From NCBI GenBank assembly GCA_002269645.1, contig NIVC01001264.1:186001-250000 (forward strand): a stretch of 64,000 nt of DNA, in the 5' to 3' direction. Origin of the DNA: Macrostomum lignano. Taxonomy: Eukaryota. The translations under genes and the position numbers were made by a program. The notes beneath the pieces were generated by a model. It was given only the letters and a program-made list of their open reading frames with translations. It was not told where the DNA came from and did no database searches. Position 1 is the first letter of the stretch; each line of letters begins with the position of its first letter. Positions 44,945 to 54,361 of the stretch are shown here, piece after piece.

Positions 44945-45433
44945 TCAAGCGTCTCTCTCTATCCCCATATCTTTCAGCAGTCTTCCTAGTTCCTCGTTTG
45001 GAGCACACAAAATAAACCCTGTTCCCGAGCACCCCGTGCACCCGCCCTCTCTCCCCAAACACCCGCCCTCGGCGTACACCCCCAACCCCAGTTTTGTCTT
45101 ACTAAAAATAACAGCTTTAACTAGCTTCCGAGCGATCGACTCACGAAATCCGCTTGAAGCCCCTATATTGTCGAGTCTCCTGAGCATTTCTTTGTCCCAA
45201 CGATTCTTCTCCTCAGGAAAATCTCTATACTTAACGTCGTGCCACATGCAGACAGAGTCTAGCTCGTTCACAGGCTCATGCCCAGGATGTGGATTATTGT
45301 TTTTATCTAGCTGTATTTCAAGTGGATTCAAAGGCCCGCAATATTTATAGCCGGGAAGTGTCCAGCCTTTGTTTGGATGAGGAAGCTTTTCTATCAGTCC
45401 ATGTGAATCTATTTTACCACCAGAGCGCTGCAT
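44945..45433 (-). CDS. Parvovirus-type phospholipase A2 protein (162 aa)
   Basis: LPGYKYCGPLN Ca-loop-like motif and PVNELDSVCMWHDVKY (HD dyad) followed by D; likely ATG at 45433. Confidence 0.88.
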   Translation of the reverse strand: MQRSGGKIDSHGLIEKLPHPNKGWTLPGYKYCGPLNPLEIQLDKNNNPHPGHEPVNELDSVCMWHDVKYRDFPEEKNRWDKEMLRRLDNIGASSGFRESIARKLVKAVIFSKTKLGLGVYAEGGCLGREGGCTGCSGTGFILCAPNEELGRLLKDMGIERDA

Positions 45434-45463
45434 TATTTTATTTAAAATTTTCTTTTTAAATAA

Positions 45464-46459
45464 ATGACAGATCAGAAACTTAAAAAACTCTACTACAGCG
45501 ACAAAGGTTTCTTTGTAGGCAAAAATGCCGTTAGTAAACTCATGGAGCTGAGTAAGGAACCAAAAGCTACAGTAGAAAAATGGCTCTCTAAGCAGGCTCT
45601 CTTTCAAGTCTATTTCCCACCAGTAAAATTTACAAGACCTCACTTTAGCATCTATAAACCTAATGAAGCGCACCAAGCAGATCTTTTGTTTCTCCCCAAC
45701 GACTCAGGCTACAAGTATGCTCTTACAATTACAGACGTTGCCTCCAGATATAAGGAAGCGAGACCGCTTAAGACGAAGAAGTCAGAAGCAGTTGCAGCCG
45801 CCCTCCAAGATATTTATAAAAACTCTCCGCTCACATACCCCCAAATCTTTATGACGGACCCGGGTAAAGAATTCTTTGGGGCAGTGAAATCACTTCTACA
45901 TAAGTATGACGCAAAAATTCGCTATGGCAGAACTGAGCTCCACAGAGACCAGGCTTTTGTGGAAAGATTCAATCTAACTCTAGCCAAGAGACTATTCACT
46001 AAGCAGACAGCTGAAGAGCTGAAACTAAAAGGTGGTCAGTACTATACCAAGTGGACAGACCGGCTCCCCACTGTTATAGAGCAACTGAACAATGAAGTCA
46101 CACGCATGACTGGATTGAAACCATCCCATGCAATTAAACAAGACACTGTCGAACTTAAGTCATCTCATAGAACAGACACCTCGAACTACCCTAAGCTTCC
46201 AGGAGTTGAATCACCATACATACTGACAAACTCTGAGTTTCTACGCTTTTTATATCTACCTGGAGAGCTAGAGAAGGACACCAAAAGAAGAGCTACAGAT
46301 CCATACTTCAGCCTTGATGTACATAAAATAGACAGACATTTTACCTCCGACTCCGGTGACTATTACTTTTTATCTCAGGCCTTTAACCCTAAATCCCCCA
46401 CGCGGTCATTCACTAGAGCTGAACTCCTAGTGATACCAGCTGACACGGAAATTAATTAA
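45464..46459 (+). CDS. Retroviral-like (RVE) integrase
   Basis: HQADLLFL, TITDVASRY, MTDPGKEF and FVERFN (D,D,E); intact 331 aa. Confidence 0.95.
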   Translation: MTDQKLKKLYYSDKGFFVGKNAVSKLMELSKEPKATVEKWLSKQALFQVYFPPVKFTRPHFSIYKPNEAHQADLLFLPNDSGYKYALTITDVASRYKEARPLKTKKSEAVAAALQDIYKNSPLTYPQIFMTDPGKEFFGAVKSLLHKYDAKIRYGRTELHRDQAFVERFNLTLAKRLFTKQTAEELKLKGGQYYTKWTDRLPTVIEQLNNEVTRMTGLKPSHAIKQDTVELKSSHRTDTSNYPKLPGVESPYILTNSEFLRFLYLPGELEKDTKRRATDPYFSLDVHKIDRHFTSDSGDYYFLSQAFNPKSPTRSFTRAELLVIPADTEIN

Positions 46460-46475
46460 AATATTAAAATAAAAA

Positions 46476-46922
46476 ATGACAAAGATTGAAACTAGAACCC
46501 TCAATAAACTCAATAAAATCATTGAATCAAAGAAACCAGGTCTTATATCAATTAAAGGTGCCAAAGTAAAAGTCGATCCCGTGCAGCAAATAGTTCAGTG
46601 TAATGAGCAAAGACACAGCATCACAGATGAAAAGTCAGGAGGAATCCTACCATTAGCAGCTCTTATTCCGATCATTGCAGGCGCTGTAAGTGCCGCAGGT
46701 GGTGTAGCTGGAGGTGTAGCAACTGCTGTTAAAGCTGGTAATGATAGAGCCCACCAGCTGGAATTGCAAAAGATTGCAAGAGATAAAGGTATAACAATTA
46801 AGGCAGGAGAGGGCTGCCCGGATTTTGATGATTGTGAGCATGAAAATTCTGTAAGCAAGTCTGACATTGTCAAAGCCATCATGACATTGCACAATGCTGG
46901 GTTTACAATAATGCGTATGTGA
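46476..46922 (+). CDS. Adenovirus pX-like virion protein
   Basis: GGILPLAALIPIIAGAVSAAGGVAGGVA resembles the adenovirus pX C-terminus GGILPLLIPLIAAAIGAVPGIA. Confidence 0.65.
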   Translation: MTKIETRTLNKLNKIIESKKPGLISIKGAKVKVDPVQQIVQCNEQRHSITDEKSGGILPLAALIPIIAGAVSAAGGVAGGVATAVKAGNDRAHQLELQKIARDKGITIKAGEGCPDFDDCEHENSVSKSDIVKAIMTLHNAGFTIMRM

Positions 46923-47006
46923 TGAGGTTTTAAACCCCACGTTATCCAGCTTCATAAACCTAACGCTACTTATAGGATGTAGAAACAGTTCAACTTTTCT
47001 ATCAGG

Positions 47007-50000
47007 GTGGTCACCCTCAAAAATTTTTTTATATTTTCGAGAAAAATGCCAAAAGCCAATCCAGCAAGAGATTTAGTCAACAAATATTTTTCGTCTCATT
47101 TACCCTACCCTACAACCTTACAAGGCGTCTCATTTCAAGAAAAAAGTAATTTACTAAGAGAAGCATGTAAACAAAAGTTTAACACCGACCCCGGTCACCT
47201 GGGAAGCTATGAAAAACAGTTGGAAATCATCAAACAATTAGAATCCAACCAGTATGCGCCTATACAAAATCCTGCAAAGGAACACCAAGAGAGGAGTCGC
47301 AACTTAGTTAACAAATATGAAACTCTCACTGGTGAAAAAGCAAAGTACCCACAAAATAAGCAGGAACAAGAGAAATTAGAGCAATTAATCCATTTAAAAG
47401 AGTCGGAGCTTGCCATTGAAGAGATTAATTTTGCACAGAGGAAGTTTACAGAACATTACATAGAGTACACGATCCCAATTAACGGCACCAACGGTACCAC
47501 CGCAAATATCTACGACTATAAAGACAGCATCCAATCAGTTGTTGATCACACACTCAAAACACGCAAGACCTTTAAACTACAGATATCATTTAAGATTGCA
47601 TTTTATATGCCTGCAAAACCCACTGAGCATCTCGAGTATTACATGACAACAAAGGCAAAGCCATTCACCCCTACAGACACACTGGATTCTTTCCTTCAAG
47701 ATGTCACTAAGAAAATTGAAGCGTTTACATCCAGAGGTTCCGGATGGGTCGTAGGGGGGATTCAAAGAGCGACTGTCATGGTCATGAAATATGACCCACT
47801 TAAAGCCTCCTCTTATATAGAGCTCCCGCATAAGCTAGCCGGTAAAAAAGCTTGCATAAATGTTAAAAATAAAGACAATTGCTGTGCTCTATGGGCAGTT
47901 CTTTCTGCACTTCTTTATGATAGTGTCCCTCACCACCCCGAAAGAACCTCAAATTATCAAAATTATTTCAAGGACTATCTCATCGAATGCGAAAAGAAGG
48001 GAATCAGGTTTGACAAAGGAGGCTTGGCGATCTCTCAGATCCCAAAGCTAGAAGAAGTGTTTAATAACAAAATTAGAATCACAGTCTTTGAGTGGAGTGA
48101 AAAAACTGAGAAAGTTCAACCGGTCAGATGTAGCAAAGACGTTTTAGATCCCGAGGGGAAAAGGCGGACTGAAGTGGATCTTCTAGTGATTGGTAATTTA
48201 CTAGAGGAGGCTCACTATGTTTGGATTAAAGATCACGATTAATCATCACGAGGCTGTTGCCATCTGCCGCTTGTGCCTTAAGCATTACAGTGGACCTGAA
48301 CGCTTTGAAAAGCTAACAGAGCATGAATTATCATGCGAGGATCACCCGACAAACTGCTCTCTTCCTTCAGCTGAAGAGAAGTATCTCCGTTTTAAGAACT
48401 ATCACAAGATGGAGAAGCTCCCATTTGTTGTATATGCTGATTTCGAATGCTCAATCGTGCCAGAGACTCAAAAACAAACTCATACTCAAAAACAAACTCA
48501 AACTCAAAAACATGTCCCCAACTCAGTAGCATATGCCTTTATTACTACAAAAGGACTTGTTGAGTATAATTATTTCTTTGGAGAGCAGTGTGTGGAGCAG
48601 TTTATTGCCAGAATGTTAGAGCTGCAAAAAGTGATTAGCACCCTTCAACCTGTTCCAATAAGTATGTCTGAGGAGGATGAAAGCAATTTCCTATCAGCAA
48701 CTCATTGCCACATCTGCAGGAAACATTTAACTTGCACTGATTTTAAAAACCCCACCGTTAGGGACCACTGCCACTTTACTGGGAAATTTAGAGGCGCAGC
48801 GCATAACACCTGTAATTTAAAGCTAAAATCGAACATTCATGATCTAACGATATTTTGTCACAACGCAAAGAACTATGACATGCATTTAATAGTTGAAAAA
48901 ATCGGCATGATTCCAGACATACACCTTGATTGCATCGCAGAGAACAAGGAGAAGTTTAAGTGTGTTGATATTAAACAGGATAATTCGGGTACAGGTAAAA
49001 TAAGACTGAAGGATTCATATCAATTTCTAGCTGCCAGTCTAGACGAACTAAGCAAGAATCTAAAAGATGAACAATGTACATATACAAAGATATTTGCAAG
49101 TCAAATTAACAACAGTGATGAATCATTTAAACTTTTAAGAAAGAAAGGCTTCTACCCCTATGAAAATATTACTGGGTATCACGTATTTGAAGATGGTTTA
49201 CCACCACAAGAAAAGTTCTTTTCAAAGCTAACAACTCTGGAATCTCTGACAAAGACTATGAGCACGCGAAGCATGTCTATAATTACTTTAATTGTCAAAA
49301 CTTTTTCCAGTATCACCTGCTTTACCTCTACACAGATGTGTTTCTGCTGGCCGATGTGTTTGAAACCTTCAGAGACACCTGGTACACAGCATATGGCCTC
49401 GATCCAGCACATTATGTGTCTCTCCCTGCCACTAGCTGGGAATCTTTGCTTAAAATGAAATGGGATCAAGATCCAGATTGGTACATTGAACTTCTTACAG
49501 ACATTGACATGTACAATTTTGTCGAATCGTCAAAGCGAGGGGGATCTCAATTTGCGTTAACAGGTATGCAAAAGCAAACAATCCCTACATTGAATCTTAC
49601 AATAAGGAGCAGCCCTCAAACTACATTACTTACTTGGACGCTAATAATCTCTACGGGTGGGCGATGAGTCAAGATCTTCCAGTTAGAGATTTTCGATGGT
49701 TACCCTCATCAGAATTCAAATGGGACTTTTCATTGGCTGCCATTTATGAGGTTGATGTTTACATTCCACCAGAGCTTCACGATTATTTCTCTGACTTTCC
49801 ACCCTTCCCAGAGAACATCAAGTGCCCGAAAATAATCGAAACTCCCAATGATAATAATGGAACTTGGCGCTTGTCAGGAACAGAAAAAGAACATACAGAG
49901 AAACTAACACAGAATCTAAACAACAAGACACGTTACAAAATCCATTACAAACTGCTTAAGTATTTTATCTCACAGGGTTGCAGGGTCACCAAAGTTCACA

Positions 50001-50912
50001 GGGCTCTTACATTTACAGAGGAAGCGTGGATGAAACCCTACATTGATAAGAACACCCAGTTTAGGACCAAAGCAACCAACGACTTTGACAAGAACCTCTT
50101 TAAGTTAGCCAACAACTCCGTCTATGGCAAGACTCTTGAGAATGAGAGGAAAAGAACAAACCTGAAACTTGTTACCTCATCAGAGCCTGCTGTTATTCAG
50201 GCAAATATGTCAAAGCCAACGTTCAAAGAACTCCATATCTTTAATAGCTACTTAGGTGTGATCATATTTTACAAAACCAAGGTGACGCTGCGCAAGCCGA
50301 TCTATACAGGTGTCACTGTACTCGACGAATCAAAACGTCTGATGTATCAGTTCTTCTATGGCATGAAGCAGCAGTACAAGGATAAAATGAAACTTTTGTA
50401 CACTGACACAGACAGTTTTATTATGGACATTCAAACAGAAGACATTTATCAGGACATGCTGCAGCAAAAAGATTTTTTTTGACTTGTCTGAGTATGATGA
50501 GTCTTTCAGGACACAGAATGGCGATCAAGTGTTTGACGCTACTAACAAGAAAGTGATTGGGAAAATGAAGGACGAGATTGCTGGTGACATAATCACTGAA
50601 TTCATTGGGTTGAGAGCAAAGTCCTATTTTGTAAAATGTGAGTCGTCAGACCCAATTAAAAAATCAAAGGGAATTCCGAAACGTGTGGTTAGGAAGGAAC
50701 TTAATGAAGCTGAATACAGAGACGCCTTGAATTGTAACAAAAAGACATCACATGAGTTCTCAAAGCTACAATCTAAAAACCATATTATTCACACAATTCA
50801 GCAAAAGAAGATTGGATTGTCAGGTGCAGATAACAAGAGATTCATTTTTGATGACAATATCAACAGTCTGCCGTTCGGGCACTGGAGATTAGGTTTAGGA
50901 GGTGGAGATTAG
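47007..50912 (+). CDS. Protein-primed family B DNA polymerase (4 frameshifts in this assembly)
   Basis: Exo I VYADFE, Exo II HNAKNYD, Pol DANNLYG, KLANNSVYGK and YTDTDS; breaks at ~48235, ~49230, ~49540 and ~50478; probable ATG 47046. Confidence 0.95.
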
Positions 50913-50985
50913 GCTTAGGAGGTTGGGTTTAGGAGGTTGAGATTGGGTTTAGGTTTAAGAGAAAGTTTAATAAACCTCATAAAAA

Positions 50986-51387
50986 ATGACAACAAATAAC
51001 TTTCTTGAAGATTTGGCTAATGAACTGGAAATCCCAAACTTTAGAGGAATATTTATGAGGGACACTCTGCCTGATTTTCCTCTAAGAAAAGAATGCGGCA
51101 TCATGAACTTTGACAGCACTGATAAGCCAGGATCTCATTGGGTTTGCTGGGTGATTGATCCCGATCGCAAGCACAAGTGTTATTACTTCGATAGCTATGG
51201 GACGGCAGTACCAGAAGAGCTAAGAAATTATATGAAGGGAAAAAAGAATAAAAAAATTTATCGCTCAGACTTTATTCTCCAAGGTCTTAGCAGTGATATT
51301 TGTGGTGAGCTGTGCATGACTGTTTTGTATGCAATGACCAAAACACGAAAGACCTACAAGGAAATTATTCTTGGCTGTGTTTCATAG
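50986..51387 (+). CDS. Adenain/Ulp1-like cysteine maturation protease
   Basis: GSHWVC (H), YFDSYG (D) and LQGLSSDICG (Q, C); intact 133 aa. Confidence 0.93.
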   Translation: MTTNNFLEDLANELEIPNFRGIFMRDTLPDFPLRKECGIMNFDSTDKPGSHWVCWVIDPDRKHKCYYFDSYGTAVPEELRNYMKGKKNKKIYRSDFILQGLSSDICGELCMTVLYAMTKTRKTYKEIILGCVS

Positions 51388-51430
51388 GGGTTCATTGTGC
51401 ATTTCTTGCCGACTTTCTTTCCGCATAATG

Positions 51431-52045
51431 TTAAAGAACTTTCTCGAGTTCATTTCTCAGCTGACTCATGTCATCAGTACCGACCATGTTCAAGTTCATT
51501 CGAATTGATTGTTCATAAAGATCCTGAATGGTTTTGAACTCATCCTCTGAAATGAACTTATCCTCGATTGCCCTTGAAATGTACCCTATGATTGAAGTGT
51601 GCACCCCTTTCTCTTTTACTTGCTTCTCCTGTAGCTGCTTTAGTTTTTTTCGCCTGTTTCGCGCTAATGCTCCAGTAATTGCTGAAATAAGTCCACACGC
51701 AGCACCCACAGAGCCGAGCGGAATTGCGATTGGGGCTGTGATGACTGGCAACGTTGAGACAGCTGCAGCAGATCCAGATAGAACAGACACAGATCCTAGA
51801 ATCATATTGCTGTAGTCGAAAAATTTACAGTGGCTGTCATAGCGCTTAATTTTCTTTGTGTTGTGGAAAATATTTTTTTCAAGATCATCACGCATTTTTT
51901 GAATCTCCACCAGTCGAAACTGTTGAGAGTTACAAGTAATGACGGGGTAGAGTTTTTGTTGCTCATATTGAGGTGCACTAGGTGCTGTGGGAGCTGTGGG
52001 TGTTGTGGGAGCGTTCGGATCATAAAGAGAATTTTGAGCATCCAT
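51431..52045 (-). CDS. Maverick PW-type conserved helical/membrane protein
   Basis: FRLVEI, central hydrophobic hairpin and ISRAIEDKFISEDEF motif. Confidence 0.75.
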   Translation of the reverse strand: MDAQNSLYDPNAPTTPTAPTAPSAPQYEQQKLYPVITCNSQQFRLVEIQKMRDDLEKNIFHNTKKIKRYDSHCKFFDYSNMILGSVSVLSGSAAAVSTLPVITAPIAIPLGSVGAACGLISAITGALARNRRKKLKQLQEKQVKEKGVHTSIIGYISRAIEDKFISEDEFKTIQDLYEQSIRMNLNMVGTDDMSQLRNELEKVL

Positions 52046-52154
52046 TTTTTAGGAAATTTTTAAAAAAAAATCGACAACTAGTTGGTGGTGTTAGATTTGT
52101 TTTACGGTTGATTGCTTCGTCTGCAGTCACGGCAACGGGTCTCTTCGAATTTGC

Positions 52155-52898
52155 CTATTCATTGTCTGTGAGCTCCATTCTACGTCTGATCTCAAACAAG
52201 TCGGTTGGATCACTTATTTCCCTTGTGGTCTGTGGTGCCTCTTCAGCGTCAATGTTTTTGAGATTATGCAAGCGTTCAAGACGACCGATTCTTCTCACCG
52301 ATTTCTGCCATTCGGTAAAAACTAAATCTACAAAGACTTTATTTGCAGTAATTCTTACTTTGATTTGATCATGCAACGCTGTTGACTGAGTCATGAACTC
52401 TTCTAAATTCCTCACTTTACATGTGTTGGTTGCGATGTTTTCTTTAATTCTATCATGCAACGCTGTTGACTGGTTCATGAACTCTTCTAAATTCCTCACT
52501 TTAACTGTGTTTGTGAAAACTCCTTCTTCAAGAATGCGCATCCGTCTATCAGTGGAATTTCTCAGAAGATTAATTGTCGATGCTAAATTTGTTCTTAAGC
52601 CGTTGATTTGCGAGACTGCCGAAGTTATTTCTGACCTAAGTTCATTAGTTGCGTGTACAACCTGTACATAAAGCTTATCACTTTCAAACTTCTGCCAGGC
52701 TACTTTTATGCGGAGATCTTCTATGTTTATCTGTAGCTGGTGCATGGAGCGCTCTAATTGTTTCAGTCTGTTTTTATTCAGTTTGATCTCTGGGATCTTT
52801 TCGTCGCTGTTGATATATCGCCTGTCAAGGATGGATATCTGAGCTGATGTAAGAGCGCTGTTGCCAGAAATGGATTCACCTGCAAAGTTTATCGACAT
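52155..52898 (-). CDS. Coiled-coil protein with an internal ~28-aa duplication (fibre/spike-like candidate)
   Basis: Heptad-rich; NT.KVRNLEEFM.QSTALHD.IK appears twice. Confidence 0.7.
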   Translation of the reverse strand: MSINFAGESISGNSALTSAQISILDRRYINSDEKIPEIKLNKNRLKQLERSMHQLQINIEDLRIKVAWQKFESDKLYVQVVHATNELRSEITSAVSQINGLRTNLASTINLLRNSTDRRMRILEEGVFTNTVKVRNLEEFMNQSTALHDRIKENIATNTCKVRNLEEFMTQSTALHDQIKVRITANKVFVDLVFTEWQKSVRRIGRLERLHNLKNIDAEEAPQTTREISDPTDLFEIRRRMELTDNE

Positions 52899-52914
52899 CT
52901 TTTAATAGCAAATT

Positions 52915-53715
52915 TTAAATTACAGTTCTTTTTTCTTTGCTGATAATCACAAACTGGTAAGGCTGATTCCACTTGTCATAGCAAAGATTAACGAATTCCT
53001 CTTGTGAAATCTTTCTGCTTGAGTTTTTTGTTGGATTTATGAAATAGGCAGGCGCAATGACCTCATTGTAAAATCTTTTTACCTGTCCTGTGGAATGGTT
53101 GGAAACAGGAGAATCAGATTGCAGTTCCCACGAATTGTTTTGTTCGGGAGCTCGAACCAATTCTGTGCAATGTAAATTACATTACAATTGTTATGTCGCC
53201 CTCTTGTAAAATAGTTTTCTATCTGCTTCTGTGGGCCTGTCATACAATCATCAAAGACGATCAAATGCTTTCTCCCCTTTTCTAGCTCATCTGGTTGGGG
53301 TAGAAGTTTGGTCTTTGGATCAGCCTGTGGATCTCCATAGGTGAACACTTTAATGTTCTGCCATTTTTCATTGTCTTTGAGGTGTTTTGCATATTCAGCA
53401 GCTACAATTTCTGGGTTACTGGGAAGGCTTTGTTGGTTATTAAAACATGCAATAATGTCCTCTTTGTTCAGCTTGTTTTGAAGCCCTGCAATCAGCATTC
53501 TATACTCATCTTGATACAGTGTGGGAGAGTAGATGTGCAGAGTGTCATAGTCGATAAAGCCAGGTCTAAGAAGCATGTTAAAGACTCTGAATGTTTTACC
53601 TGAACCTGATGAACCAACAACAATGCATCTGAAGTGACTCGGGATTGACTCGTGATGAGAAAACTTAATCTGACTACGCGTCCAGTGAGGATTGAAGTCG
53701 TTTGAGAAGTCCATT
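52915..53715 (-). CDS. A32/FtsK-like packaging ATPase (1-nt frameshift at ~53082)
   Basis: Walker A GSSGSGKT, Walker B LIVFDD, TRGRH and IRGNCN motifs; one added G restores DRVKRFYNEV; likely start MDFSN. Confidence 0.93.
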
Positions 53716-53754
53716 TTTTCTATGATTGAAAAAAAATTAAATAATAAATCATTT

Positions 53755-53925
53755 AGAAGATGTGTCATTTCGGGACTTGAATGTGTCGTTTTGGGACTTA
53801 GATGTGTCATTTTGGGACTTAGATGTGTCATTTTGGGACTTAGATGTGTCATTTTGGGACTTAGATGTGTCATTTTGGGACTTAGATGTGTCATTTTGGG
53901 ACTTAGATGTGTCATTTCAGGACTA
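53755..53925. repeat. 21-bp tandem repeat (TTTTGGGACTTAGATGTGTCA), ~8 copies, upstream of the ATPase
   Basis: Direct inspection; this repeat creates the spurious THLSPKM N-terminus in the ORF track. Confidence 0.95.
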
Positions 53926-53967
53926 GTCTTATACTCTTACATGTCTTGTACCCTTGAAAAGTACCCT

Positions 53968-54345
53968 TTAGTCAAATTTAAAACTGCTTCCCTTTTTAAT
54001 GCTAGCTCTCATCTTCTCATAGACTGCAGGGTCCACATTGTCTGGATTTGGGGCCAGCGGAGCCAGCGGTTGAATCTCTTGTTTAGGTGTTACAGTATCC
54101 TTTATCTTTTTGGCTGCTGTGGCTACACTGCCAGCCGCTTCGGCAACGTTCTTGATGTTCTCTTTGTTCTCTCTAATGACCTTAAAAATCTTGGCCCCCT
54201 GAGCGATCAAATCGGCAAGACCGTTCCCTGAGCGTTCTTTTCTTGGATAGTGGCCTGCAGGGAAAAGTCCAGATCCGCGTTTAATGAGATTAAGTTCCTC
54301 TTTGTCATAGTATTTGTCAATGTCTTTTTCGAAAATAAGTGGCAT
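53968..54345 (-). CDS. Small basic/amphipathic virion protein candidate (125 aa)
   Basis: ATG 54345 after AAAAA; KRGSG and RSGNG motifs followed by an amphipathic LADLIAQGAKIFKVI helix. Confidence 0.65.
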   Translation of the reverse strand: MPLIFEKDIDKYYDKEELNLIKRGSGLFPAGHYPRKERSGNGLADLIAQGAKIFKVIRENKENIKNVAEAAGSVATAAKKIKDTVTPKQEIQPLAPLAPNPDNVDPAVYEKMRASIKKGSSFKFD

Positions 54346-54361
54346 TTTTACTTGAAATAAA

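Noticed and set aside
45434-45676. N-terminal 81 aa of the called 243-aa PLA2 ORF
   Set aside because: Antisense overlap with integrase; ATG 45433 with an A-rich leader is the more plausible start
53692-54231. 179-aa plus-strand ORF with LGLRCVI repeats
   Set aside because: Antisense to the ATPase leader and the 125-aa gene; the repeat part derives from the 21-bp VNTR
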